A stretch of 64,000 bases of DNA from Candidatus Nanohaloarchaea archaeon (GTDB taxonomy: Archaea > Nanohalarchaeota > Nanosalinia > Nanosalinales > Nanosalinaceae): assembly GCA_014297435.1 (NCBI GenBank), contig JACOQA010000001.1:215796-279795 (forward strand). The letters run 5' to 3'. A program made the translations under genes and the position numbers. This document shows positions 28,773 through 37,972 of this stretch, one piece after another; within the stretch, counting starts at the first letter, position 1, and each line of letters opens with the position of its first letter. The notes under the pieces were generated by a model that had not been told where the DNA came from, searched no databases, and saw nothing but the letters and a program-made list of their open reading frames with translations.

Positions 28773-29459
28773 ATGACTGTATACGCGCTGGGAGACTACC
28801 ATGGTAGAAGCATAGAAGGTTTTATCGAGAACGAGCAACCTTTTGAAGGAGACCTTATACTATCGACAGGAGACTTCGATAATGTAGAAGTAATCCACGA
28901 AATTCTTGAACTAAAGCAGGATACGGAGTTTATAGATGTAGGCGCCAACCACGATCACGCCATGCTTGAGAGAAAACCGATCACCTCCGGAACGCTTGAA
29001 GCACAAGAATATAGCTTTCAAGAACTGGCTGAAGAGCTCAACAGGGATGACCAGGCTAGACGCTATTTACAGGATCTTGTCGCAAATCCTGTAAGGGAGT
29101 TCAGCCTAGGAGACATGAGTGGTGTTCTGGTTCACGGTGGTCTAGATGGTCATATTCAAAGCCCGCGGACGCCTGAGAACGTGAAAAAGCTCTGGTATCG
29201 TCTCTGGGATGATGAAGATTACAGGAAAAACTTCAGCGCCATGGATAGAAATAATTACGATTTGATGGTAAGAGGTCATGATCACCGGAGGGAGCATGTA
29301 TTAAGTCCGGATACCTTTGATTTGGAGTACGGTACAGGTGATAAAACCTATGATCTAGGGCAAGAGGGCTTCCACCTAATCACTCACGGTTCCTGGTATG
29401 AAGGAGATTATGCCGTAATAGACGAGCAAGAAGAGACTCTTGAATTCAAAAGTATCTAG
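28773..29459 (+). CDS. Calcineurin-like metallophosphoesterase (PPP-like)
   Basis: GDYHG, GDFD, GANHD, VHGG, RGHDH motifs. Confidence 0.88.
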   Translation: MTVYALGDYHGRSIEGFIENEQPFEGDLILSTGDFDNVEVIHEILELKQDTEFIDVGANHDHAMLERKPITSGTLEAQEYSFQELAEELNRDDQARRYLQDLVANPVREFSLGDMSGVLVHGGLDGHIQSPRTPENVKKLWYRLWDDEDYRKNFSAMDRNNYDLMVRGHDHRREHVLSPDTFDLEYGTGDKTYDLGQEGFHLITHGSWYEGDYAVIDEQEETLEFKSI

Positions 29460-30643
29460 CTCCAATAACTCTTTTCGAGCAATTTCTCCCGGTTTTTAAC
29501 TGCCTCCTTTTCCCTAATTATTTTTTTCAGCTCTTCCTGACCTCGTGTATAACCAATCATAACAGCTCCAACAAGCTTGTCGTCTCTGAAGAAAAGCCTT
29601 CTATAATGGTTCTCTTCTTCGTAGTTTTTCGAGACAGGTTCTCCAGACCAGTCGCCTATCGCTAAAAACTGTGCCTGGAAATGACCTACTCCGTAAGTAT
29701 TAACGAAATCAAAGTCTTCTTCCTTTCCAGCCATGTTCTCTCCGGCTGTTTCACCCATTGCTTCTGAGTGATCCCATGATCCGTTGAATGTTCTCTTTTC
29801 GAAAACCGGTGAGTAATACTCTACCATGTTTCCTGCCGCATAGACATTGTTAATAGATGTCTCGAGCTGTTCGTTTGTTTTCAACATTTCGTATTCGTTT
29901 TTCTCAGCTTCAAGAATATCGGAGTTAGGATTCTGACCTATCGCGACCGCCATAGAGTCGCACTCGTATCTTTCACCTTTACTGTCGACTACGACCTTTA
30001 CATTCGAGTCTTCGGATTCGATCTCCTCAACCTCAGAGTTGGTTAAAACGTTTACTCCTTTTTCCTCCATCTTCTTGTGTATTATTTCGGCTCCATCTTT
30101 GTCGAGACCTCTCTGCCACCAGTTGTCACCTCTTATAAGGTAGTATGTCTCTGTGTCGTTTTCTGCGTACGCCATAGCAAGGTCGATACCTAGTAGTCCG
30201 CCGCCTACAACTACTGCTTTTTCGGATTCTTCTGCCGCTTTCTTTATGTGTTCGGCATCTCCCATCGTCCACATGTAGTGGAGATTGTCGAAATCTTCGT
30301 CCTGCGGAAGTTTCTTCGGTGAGCCTCCTGTTGCAACCAGAAGTCTATCGTAACCGAACCTGTCTCCGTCGCTAGTTTCCACTTGGTTGTTCTCAGGTAG
30401 AACTTGTTTAATCTCGGTCTCTAAGTGGAGCTGGATGTCTCTCTTGTCGTACCAGTTTTCATCGTGTAGACGTGTGTACTGTTTAGGTAAAGATCCTTTC
30501 ATGTAGGTCTTCAGCATGATCCGGTTGTACAGAGGATCTGTTTCATCGGTCAGGACGTGGATTTCTGCGTCTTCATCCTTTTTTCTTATCTCCTCCGCTG
30601 CGGTGGCTCCGGCTACACCGTCTCCAATTATGACGTGTTTCAT
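29456..30643 (-). CDS. NAD(P)/FAD-dependent oxidoreductase (NirB-N / rubredoxin reductase-like)
   Basis: GDGVAG, ATG, GGGLLG motifs; likely start MKHV at 30643. Confidence 0.9.
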   Translation of the reverse strand: MKHVIIGDGVAGATAAEEIRKKDEDAEIHVLTDETDPLYNRIMLKTYMKGSLPKQYTRLHDENWYDKRDIQLHLETEIKQVLPENNQVETSDGDRFGYDRLLVATGGSPKKLPQDEDFDNLHYMWTMGDAEHIKKAAEESEKAVVVGGGLLGIDLAMAYAENDTETYYLIRGDNWWQRGLDKDGAEIIHKKMEEKGVNVLTNSEVEEIESEDSNVKVVVDSKGERYECDSMAVAIGQNPNSDILEAEKNEYEMLKTNEQLETSINNVYAAGNMVEYYSPVFEKRTFNGSWDHSEAMGETAGENMAGKEEDFDFVNTYGVGHFQAQFLAIGDWSGEPVSKNYEEENHYRRLFFRDDKLVGAVMIGYTRGQEELKKIIREKEAVKNREKLLEKSYWS

Positions 30644-30737
30644 GTGGCAGGTTTCGGAACGAAAGATTATAACTTCCGGCAAAAGTTGCACTCTAACATA
30701 TAAACTCTATTTAGTTCGTCCAAATCAATTCGACCCT

Positions 30738-31556
30738 ATGGCTTCATCTACACCCTTGGTATGTAATGGGAAAGAACCCTACTGCCGGGAAAATGTCGAG
30801 GAGATTCTAGATCTAAACTTTATACAGACGGAAGAGCGGTGGGAACCACGATATCTAGAAGGCACGGAGGAGGTCGAAAAAAATATTGAGGAGTACAGGA
30901 ATAATGTTGTCGAACAGGATCCAACAAAACACGATGGCAAACTACCTTTCATAAAACATATAGAGAGGTACAGTGGTCACATGGACGTGTACCTTGGTGA
31001 AACCACATTTTCGGAATACATGCACGCCGTACAGTCACCTACAGTGGTAGGAAGAACTGTTACTTCTGATAACAAACTTCTGATGGGTGTAAGAGGAGAG
31101 GATGTCTCAAGTGAACACGGCAAAATAGCTTTTCCTGGAGGATTTATCGATATGTATGAGGAACCTCTTGAGGCGGTAAAGAGAGAGGTTGAAGAAGAGA
31201 TATCTCCTGAAATCGATATAGAGTCGACAGAACTACTGGGATTTGTTTATCCTGATGTCAATCAAACCGATGGTTCTTTGGTTGATGATCCTCAGCCACC
31301 TGTCTTCATGTACGATGTCTTCATCGATCGGGATATGCAGGAGGTCAGACAGGCATACACGGGAGATGAATTTGAAGAACTTGAATTTATTGAACCGGCT
31401 GAACCTGTAGAATCTGGAAAGTTCTCGCCCAACAGTCGAAGAACTTTGAAAGCAGGCAGATGTGGTATAGCAACGCAGCCACAGGAACCGCTCGAAGCAT
31501 CACGGAATGGCTTGAGATCCGGTCTCAAGGCTGTAGGAAACTACCTCGTACCATGA
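30738..31556 (+). CDS. NUDIX hydrolase
   Basis: Nudix box GGFIDMYEEPLEAVKREVEEE; likely start at 30738. Confidence 0.85.
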   Translation: MASSTPLVCNGKEPYCRENVEEILDLNFIQTEERWEPRYLEGTEEVEKNIEEYRNNVVEQDPTKHDGKLPFIKHIERYSGHMDVYLGETTFSEYMHAVQSPTVVGRTVTSDNKLLMGVRGEDVSSEHGKIAFPGGFIDMYEEPLEAVKREVEEEISPEIDIESTELLGFVYPDVNQTDGSLVDDPQPPVFMYDVFIDRDMQEVRQAYTGDEFEELEFIEPAEPVESGKFSPNSRRTLKAGRCGIATQPQEPLEASRNGLRSGLKAVGNYLVP

Positions 31557-31595
31557 CCTCTAGTTTTTAAACCGGCTTCACCAAAAAAATTCTTT

Positions 31596-32360
31596 GTGGT
31601 ACTAGAGCTTTTTCTCATTTGCTCTGCTGTACTAGTGGGCGCTGTAATGAAAGGTTTGAACGGCTTTGGATATGCCGTAATTGCAACATCCATCCTTTCG
31701 TTCTTTTTACCGGCTTCAGAAGCTGTTGTGGTGGTAATAATTCCTTTAATGGCGGCACAACTCGATCTGGTTTTTGAACTAGATTCATCATCTTTCAAGA
31801 GGTGTTTCAAGCGGTTTTACCCTTATATCTTCTCTGCTATGGCCGGCACATTCCTGGGTGTGCTTATGCTCAACAGGGTGTCTGAAAGATTTGTTGCAGC
31901 AGGTCTTGGAGTTTTCATAATTTTGTTCAGTGTTTCAAGAACTGGCTACGGAGATAAGATCTCTGAAATAATATCCGATAAATGTTTCGAGGAAAAAACC
32001 GTTTTTAAGACAGTTTTAGGATTTATTTCAGGCCTAATATTCGGTTCAACTAACATAGGTGTTCAGGTGGTCGCATACCTCGAATCACTTGAACTTGATA
32101 GAGAACTGTTCATCGGCGTCCTCGCTATGTTTTTCCTGTTTATCTCCGGTCTCAGAGTAGTCATGTCGTTTACTTTGGGTTTATACAGTTCGGGCAACAT
32201 GCTCCTGATCTCGGCACTTGCGGCACTGCCCGGATTAGCAGGTATTGCTATAGGGCAGAGGATGGCTGGCTTTATTGATGAAGACCGACTTGAGAAAATA
32301 ACGCTACTGATGCTTTTCTTGGTTGGATTACGTCTATTATCTAAGGCATTTATTGTTTAA
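31596..32360 (+). CDS. TauE/SafE family transporter
   Basis: GAVMKGLNGFG, multiple TMs. Confidence 0.88.
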   Translation: MVLELFLICSAVLVGAVMKGLNGFGYAVIATSILSFFLPASEAVVVVIIPLMAAQLDLVFELDSSSFKRCFKRFYPYIFSAMAGTFLGVLMLNRVSERFVAAGLGVFIILFSVSRTGYGDKISEIISDKCFEEKTVFKTVLGFISGLIFGSTNIGVQVVAYLESLELDRELFIGVLAMFFLFISGLRVVMSFTLGLYSSGNMLLISALAALPGLAGIAIGQRMAGFIDEDRLEKITLLMLFLVGLRLLSKAFIV

Positions 32361-32376
32361 ACCGCTCGTTTGGTAC

Positions 32377-32892
32377 ATGAATCCGTTAAATGGAAATGTT
32401 GGAAAGGTTGATGAGGTCGCAGAACTACTGGAAGAAAACGGGTACACAGTGGAGGCCACCCGGGCTTTTCTAGAACGAAGAAACGAACATCCTGTATACG
32501 GTGAGACAGCAACCGAAGCAGTACAAGGACTTCTCGAGGACGATGATACCTCCTTCTCAATAAACATGGATGTCTATCCGGAAGGCGTTACAGACAAGAA
32601 AGGCAAAGTCACGATCTTTTATACTCCCGAAAAAGATTACTTTGACGTCCAGAGCGTCAGACCTTCCAACGAGATTGAAGACACTCAAGGGCTCGAACAT
32701 CTTGCACAAACACGTCCGGAACAACTAGGATCAGAAAATAACAGGATCGTACTCAACCAAATTCCTGAAGATGCAATATTTGAGATGGATCGGGTAGACG
32801 CAACAATAGAAATACTGCTAATGGATGCAGGATACAGAGTCCAAGTCGGAAACAACTACGTAGACAACCCGGCCGTTAAAGACTTTCCCTAG
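32377..32892 (+). CDS. Acidic hypothetical protein
   Basis: ATG at 32377, 171 aa. Confidence 0.7.
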   Translation: MNPLNGNVGKVDEVAELLEENGYTVEATRAFLERRNEHPVYGETATEAVQGLLEDDDTSFSINMDVYPEGVTDKKGKVTIFYTPEKDYFDVQSVRPSNEIEDTQGLEHLAQTRPEQLGSENNRIVLNQIPEDAIFEMDRVDATIEILLMDAGYRVQVGNNYVDNPAVKDFP

Positions 32893-32959
32893 TATTCACT
32901 CAAAAATCAGGGTTCGATATGGTTTAAAAGAATTTACGTTTAATTCAACGATACAGGAT

Positions 32960-33034
32960 GCGGAGCTGGTGTAGTCTGGCCCATCATATCACCCTGTCAC
33001 GGTGATGACCCGGGTTCAAATCCCGGGCTCCGCG
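32960..33034 (+). tRNA. tRNA-Asp(GTC)
   Basis: GCGGAGC / GCTCCGC acceptor, TCACC-CT-GTC-AC-GGTGA anticodon arm, GGTTCAAATCC. Confidence 0.96.
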
Positions 33035-33047
33035 CTCTAATGTTCTC

Positions 33048-33818
33048 TCAAGGCACTTTACCATCAAATAGCTTCTTTAATTGCTTTTTAGGATGCCTCG
33101 GCTTTATTTTAGTTAGAAATTCTTCTACTTCATCTCCGGTTATGTATGTTCTGTACATGTCTCTACAGTTTTCTCGCTTGTCTATAAAGCGGTAAGTGTT
33201 GTGTTCTAGATTAAAATCTGATAGTAAGTTCTCCGTAGTTTCCGCGAGTGGCTTACTAATGGTATTAAAAATTAGTCGTTTCTGATTTAGATCTAGATGA
33301 CCATCTGTGTCTATAAGCCCTCTCAAAAATCCTTTTTTGAACTCTTTGCTGATTTCATTTTGCTTTAGGTGTATTGAAGCTGTTTTGTCTTTTTTGTCCC
33401 AATCTAGGTGTTTTGAGAAGAATTTGTAGATTACCTTGGATTCGTACCGCAGTCTAAGTCGGTTGAACTCTTTTTGTTTGAGTGTTAGCGGTTCTTTGTT
33501 TAATTTTTCTGTTAGCAGTTCTTGGACTTCTTCCCAGTAATTGTCGTTTATGTTAAGGGTGATAGTTATGCGGTACTTGTGATTAGCTTTTTCGTGGTAA
33601 AAGTTTCCGTCTCCTGCGAATATTCCGCATAGCTCTCCTTTAAACTCTTCACATTCAGGTATCTCTGGCTGGTTCTCCTTCTGTTTCTGCCCTACCTCTT
33701 TCCGGAAATGGTAATAGACAGTTGATTTAGGTATTTTTAGTTCTTGTTTTATTTTGTTGACTGATTTGCCGTCTGAAGCCATTTTCCGGATACTTTTGAT
33801 TTCTTTCTCGGAGACCAT
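33048..33818 (-). CDS. Free-standing double-motif LAGLIDADG endonuclease with N-terminal HTH
   Basis: ELCGIFAGDG and FLRGLIDTDG motifs; IPKSTVYYH HTH; Lys-rich unlike host proteins. Confidence 0.9.
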   Translation of the reverse strand: MVSEKEIKSIRKMASDGKSVNKIKQELKIPKSTVYYHFRKEVGQKQKENQPEIPECEEFKGELCGIFAGDGNFYHEKANHKYRITITLNINDNYWEEVQELLTEKLNKEPLTLKQKEFNRLRLRYESKVIYKFFSKHLDWDKKDKTASIHLKQNEISKEFKKGFLRGLIDTDGHLDLNQKRLIFNTISKPLAETTENLLSDFNLEHNTYRFIDKRENCRDMYRTYITGDEVEEFLTKIKPRHPKKQLKKLFDGKVP

Positions 33819-33892
33819 TACTTACTGAAAATGGATGTTCTTTAAATCGCTTCAGCGTCAGTTCATTTGACGGCTCTGTAAAAAAGATCTTT

Positions 33893-34168
33893 TTAATCAG
33901 CCTTCCTTTTTAGTCGTGCGTAAGCACGAACATTTTCAGACTCGCCATATTTGTTAGTGTCGACAGCTTGAAGATTTCCTCGGTATGCGAACCATGAGGG
34001 ATTTTTCTCTACGTCATCAAATTTTCTAAAGTCTGGAAGTAATATTTTTTCTACTGCTTCAAGACCGGTTTCGGTTGTCTCATCCAGTTCAGGTATATCA
34101 ATATTGGAGGCGAAGTTTTCGAGTAAATCCTCATCTAGGGTGTAGCCGACGGTTTCTTCGTAACTCAT
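33893..34168 (-). CDS. Hypothetical protein
   Basis: 91-aa ORF. Confidence 0.6.
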   Translation of the reverse strand: MSYEETVGYTLDEDLLENFASNIDIPELDETTETGLEAVEKILLPDFRKFDDVEKNPSWFAYRGNLQAVDTNKYGESENVRAYARLKRKAD

Positions 34169-34255
34169 ACTTCTGTAATTGTATTAGTAAGTAATAAGTC
34201 AGTATCTAAGGTATTACTCTGTAATAAAAAAGAAAAATAGGGGAACTAATTAGGC

Positions 34256-34858
34256 TTAGATTTCGAGGTCTGAGACCTTCAAGAACCGTTCTCCAGCTTC
34301 ATCCCAATCAACTACATCGAAGAAAGAGTCGATGAAATCTCCTCTCTCCGGTCCGTAGTCGTGGTAGTAGCTGTGTTCCCAGACATCCAAAGCAAGGACT
34401 GGGTGTGCGCCCCATACCGCATGTTCATCGTGCTTGTCAACAGCAACGTTGTGAAGCTCATCTTCACGTGGGATGTAGACTAGTAGAGCCCATCCTGAAG
34501 CGCTTGAAGCTGCGGCCTTGAACTCTTTCTTCCAGTTCTCGTAACTGCCGAAGTCCTCCTCTATCTTCTGCATTAATTCTCCTTCGGGCTTTCCCCCTCC
34601 ATTGGGACTCATGTTTTTCCAGAAACGCTCGTGTAGTACGTTACCTGAGAAATTGTGTGTGAAGTTAGTTAGAATTGCGCCTGTATCGGAGTAATCATCG
34701 TTTTCTCTCTGTTCTTTCAGCCTTTCTTCGGCCTTGTTCGCACCGTTGACGTAGCCTTGGTGGTGGACATCGTGGTGCCACTCCATCACTTTTCTTGAGA
34801 TCGCCGTTTCCAAAGCATCGTAGTTGTAAGGTAGTTCTACAAGTTCGTATTCAGCCAT
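34256..34858 (-). CDS. sod: Fe/Mn superoxide dismutase
   Basis: LPYNYDALE, HHDVHHQGYV, DVWEHSYY; SD GGTGA before ATG 34858. Confidence 0.97.
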   Translation of the reverse strand: MAEYELVELPYNYDALETAISRKVMEWHHDVHHQGYVNGANKAEERLKEQRENDDYSDTGAILTNFTHNFSGNVLHERFWKNMSPNGGGKPEGELMQKIEEDFGSYENWKKEFKAAASSASGWALLVYIPREDELHNVAVDKHDEHAVWGAHPVLALDVWEHSYYHDYGPERGDFIDSFFDVVDWDEAGERFLKVSDLEI

Positions 34859-34973
34859 TCTTAGTTTCACCTAATAAATAGAATTATTGGTTCTAGGATT
34901 ATGTACGTTTACGTTCCTATCAGGTAACCTTTCGAGTTCTTAAAGAAATATAAGAGGAAGAAAAAAGGGTCCT

Positions 34974-35603
34974 TTAAGGGGCGGTTGTGTTAGCTGTCCC
35001 GTTAGCCATCCTCTGTCTCATCTGCTGAATCTGCTTAGCGCGCTGAATCTGCTGATCTATCGGAGCGCCCTGGAAGAGGTACTTACCGTCCTTTGATACA
35101 AAGTAAGGTTGACTTACTTCCTCCGTCTGGTTGGTCCTAGGATTTACCTGGGAGACGTTGACTGTTGCCTGGTAAACGCCGCTAACCTCTTTCATATCTA
35201 CTACTTCTGCTTCTGAACCAGTTACTTCTAGGAGTTCATTCAGAGAATTTCTGGCGTCCTGCATACTACCTGAATCTGTCATAGATGCTGCTCCAAGCCC
35301 CCCGATAAGTCCGATTACGATACCGATGATTGCTCCTCCGGCTAGAACTGCTTCTGGGGAGTAGGATCCTAGAAGTCCGTTACTTGTTTCTTCTTCGATC
35401 TCCTCCGCTACTTCATCCAGTTCCTCGGGTTCTTCAGTATCGGTTGCCTTTGATTCTAGGAAGTCCTTGATGGTCTTCCTGTCTTTACCTTCTTTTTCGA
35501 GGTCGAGGAGCTTTCCGTAGTCAGGGTTTTTAAGATCCCTGATGGACTGCTTCACGTCCTCGACGTCGTTATCAAGTATATCTCCATAGTCGTCGTCCGT
35601 CAT
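34974..35603 (-). CDS. Single-TM protein with DsbC-N-terminal-like outer domain
   Basis: Likely start MTDDDYG; TM; YFVSKDGKYLFQG motif. Confidence 0.7.
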   Translation of the reverse strand: MTDDDYGDILDNDVEDVKQSIRDLKNPDYGKLLDLEKEGKDRKTIKDFLESKATDTEEPEELDEVAEEIEEETSNGLLGSYSPEAVLAGGAIIGIVIGLIGGLGAASMTDSGSMQDARNSLNELLEVTGSEAEVVDMKEVSGVYQATVNVSQVNPRTNQTEEVSQPYFVSKDGKYLFQGAPIDQQIQRAKQIQQMRQRMANGTANTTAP

Positions 35604-35712
35604 GTAATCCAAGAGGGGCAAGGACTTTTTAAAAAATATTTGAGGTATAGATGGTTCTAAGCATACTATTCTCGAGTAAAAAATCTCTTTTTTGAGGGAA
35701 AAAGGTGGTTTT

Positions 35713-35910
35713 TTATGCGAAGATTTCGTCCTTCCAGTTGCCCTGGTCGGTTTCTTCGGCTTCATCAGAGTCTCCTACGTCCTGGTAGGTTTCGTATTCT
35801 CTGATGCATTTGGAGCATTTGTTGATTCCTTGGTGCTCCTTGATCTCGACCTCTTGGTCGAACTCGTTTTCAACTTCCTCCCTCGTCCTTCCACAGACCT
35901 TACACTTCAT
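35713..35910 (-). CDS. Small CxxC/CxxC zinc-finger protein
   Basis: CKVCG ... CSKC, acidic tail, TATA upstream. Confidence 0.8.
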   Translation of the reverse strand: MKCKVCGRTREEVENEFDQEVEIKEHQGINKCSKCIREYETYQDVGDSDEAEETDQGNWKDEIFA

Positions 35911-36145
35911 AATAATGTTGTTATTTGATAGTAAATGTTTTATAGCTTGGGTTGGATCCCTGCACCTCCAGCCAGAATTTAATGAAAGAACGTTCAGATA
36001 TCAAATAAAGATGTTAAAAGCAGTAAATCGTTTTAAATTACCTTTAAACAGAAATTCCATACCTGAAAATCATTATTAGCTTTGTTTTACTACTTAAACA
36101 CTATCTAGCAAGGGTCTTTTAATCTAAGGGTTGTCTGTTTAGGTG

Positions 36146-36235
36146 ATGAGGAAGTGCGTGAAAAAAGGATGTAGCAATGTAACTATGTTCGGTCTTTGCA
36201 ACGAACATACGAGTGAAAGAGTCCAGAAGTTTTAG
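36146..36235 (+). CDS. 29-aa Cys/His microprotein
   Basis: MRKCVKKGCSNVTMFGLCNEHTSERVQKF; C-x4-C-x8-C-x2-H; TTTTAA about 25 nt upstream. Confidence 0.6.
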   Translation: MRKCVKKGCSNVTMFGLCNEHTSERVQKF

Positions 36236-36330
36236 GGATCGGAGCAATCACGCACAAAACCACAATTAAAACATTTCAACTCGCACGCAACAAATTCTGA
36301 CATCTTTCCGCCGCAGTTCCAGCACTCCAT
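36232..36330 (-). CDS. 32-aa zinc-finger microprotein (resembles haloarchaeal HVO_2523-type)
   Basis: MECWNCGGKMSEFVACELKCFNCGFVRDCSDP; starts 2 nt after ferredoxin stop. Confidence 0.8.
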   Translation of the reverse strand: MECWNCGGKMSEFVACELKCFNCGFVRDCSDP

Positions 36331-36332
36331 AT

Positions 36333-36638
36333 CTAGATCCACTCAGGTTCCGAAATCTTGACGTCTCCGTAAACTTTAGCTTGACAGCTCAAACGGAAAG
36401 GTCCTTCGAGTACTTCTTCGCCTTGGAAACGTTTCAAGGTGTTTTCCTCATCCTTCTGTCGAGGCGAAAGGTTATCCATTCCTTCCTCGACCTTCACTCT
36501 GCATGTAGTACAGTTGCAGAAGCCGCCGCAGGCATGAAGCCATTCAACTCCGCCTTCGAGTAATGCATTGAGAATATCTTGTCCGTCTTCAGCTTCAACC
36601 TCATCGCCTCTATCGACAACTTCGATTTTGTGTGTCAT
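36333..36638 (-). CDS. [2Fe-2S] ferredoxin (adrenodoxin-type)
   Basis: HACGGFCNCTTC ... RLSCQ. Confidence 0.93.
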   Translation of the reverse strand: MTHKIEVVDRGDEVEAEDGQDILNALLEGGVEWLHACGGFCNCTTCRVKVEEGMDNLSPRQKDEENTLKRFQGEEVLEGPFRLSCQAKVYGDVKISEPEWI

Positions 36639-36743
36639 ACTTCGAATGTTCTGTCTAAAATTGAAATAACGAGGGGTGAAACGACCAAAAATAACTCGAG
36701 ACTTCTATCCAATAGATAGAAAGAGAGGAGGGTTGGGTTTTTT

Positions 36744-37919
36744 CTAGAGAACCAGTGAGAGGAACATAGTTCCTAGAAGCAGGATCCAGCCTAGGATCGA
36801 GAAAGCATCTAAAACACTTCTCGAGCCTTCTCCTGCAAACTTCTCCAGTACGGCGTCAACAGTCCATCCTCCGTCAAGCGGTTTCAAAGGAAGCATGTTG
36901 AACATTCCGATCAGGAAGTTGAGGAATCCGACCGTAAGCAGCAGGTTGTTAAACCAGTTTAGTATTCCTGAGTAACCGGAGTAAGCGGATTTCATTACCT
37001 GTGTCTGACCTATGTTTACTCCCATGTAACCTCCCTGTTCGCCTTCCTTGTTTACGGTCTGGAATGTGAAGTTGCCTTCGGAGCTCCAGATATTTACCGT
37101 GTCATTAACCTCTAAATCTGAGGCAGCGTTCTCCAGATCTTCTAAGGTTTCTATATCTTGTCCGTTGATCTGGTTGATAGTTCCGTTATCCATTCCGGCG
37201 TCCATAGCAGGGTAACCCTGTTGAGCGTCGTAAAAAACTCCTGACGGAACTGTGAGGAACGCGGTAAATGCAAGACTGCCGCCAAGGAATAGCGCTGCTG
37301 TAAGATAGTTCGCGAAGCTTCCTGCACAAAGCACCTTAATTCTCTGTTTCCAGTTGCCTTGGTGCCAGTGTCCTTCAACATCTTCATCGACATCTGCGCC
37401 TGGAAGCATTCCCTCGCCCTTAGGTTCTACGAAAGCTATCGGGAAGATTCCCATTATTCCCCAGCCAACCGAGTTAAGCTCGAAGTCCTCAGCTCTGGCA
37501 ACGATACCGTGGGAGAACTCGTGGACTATCATCAGTACTGCGATACTTGCTATCCAGTACTCGACTGGAATAAATGAGACTCCGGGGTTGAACTGGTTTT
37601 CAGCTACTATTCCCGGAAGGATTAGTGAAGGTCCGTTCTGAAGGCTCTGGGTCTGAAAGATGTCGAAGAATGTGTACCCTACCAGAGCCAGGGAACCGAA
37701 GATCGAGATTATTCCTGTCAAGACGCCAGCCCACCCATATGCGTTCCAGAAACGTGGAAACCTTTTGGCGGTTCTATCGATAAAGGATATACCGCGCTGT
37801 GTACGGCGGTAAAAAATTATGAAGTGTCTCTGGACTTTTTCCCGGTCAAGCCACAGGAATGCTGCGAGACCGGCGGTAAACAGTACGAAGAATATTAGCC
37901 TTGGATTAGCATCTATCAT
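36744..37919 (-). CDS. Site-2 protease (M50) with PDZ domain
   Basis: HEFSH, AGSFAN, NMLPLKPLDGG. Confidence 0.93.
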   Translation of the reverse strand: MIDANPRLIFFVLFTAGLAAFLWLDREKVQRHFIIFYRRTQRGISFIDRTAKRFPRFWNAYGWAGVLTGIISIFGSLALVGYTFFDIFQTQSLQNGPSLILPGIVAENQFNPGVSFIPVEYWIASIAVLMIVHEFSHGIVARAEDFELNSVGWGIMGIFPIAFVEPKGEGMLPGADVDEDVEGHWHQGNWKQRIKVLCAGSFANYLTAALFLGGSLAFTAFLTVPSGVFYDAQQGYPAMDAGMDNGTINQINGQDIETLEDLENAASDLEVNDTVNIWSSEGNFTFQTVNKEGEQGGYMGVNIGQTQVMKSAYSGYSGILNWFNNLLLTVGFLNFLIGMFNMLPLKPLDGGWTVDAVLEKFAGEGSRSVLDAFSILGWILLLGTMFLSLVL

Positions 37920-37972
37920 ATATTCTTAGTTCGGGCAGGTGATGTTTAAAACTGGACCGACTTCGTCAGCTT

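Noticed and set aside
33048-33818. LAGLIDADG as tRNA intron or intein
   Set aside because: The tRNA is uninterrupted and on the opposite strand; no splicing motifs or host extein
35940-36110. Short minus-strand ORFs (MIFRYGISV, MEFLFKGNLKRFTAFNIFI) after a TTTAAG box
   Set aside because: Too short, AT-rich and atypical to support
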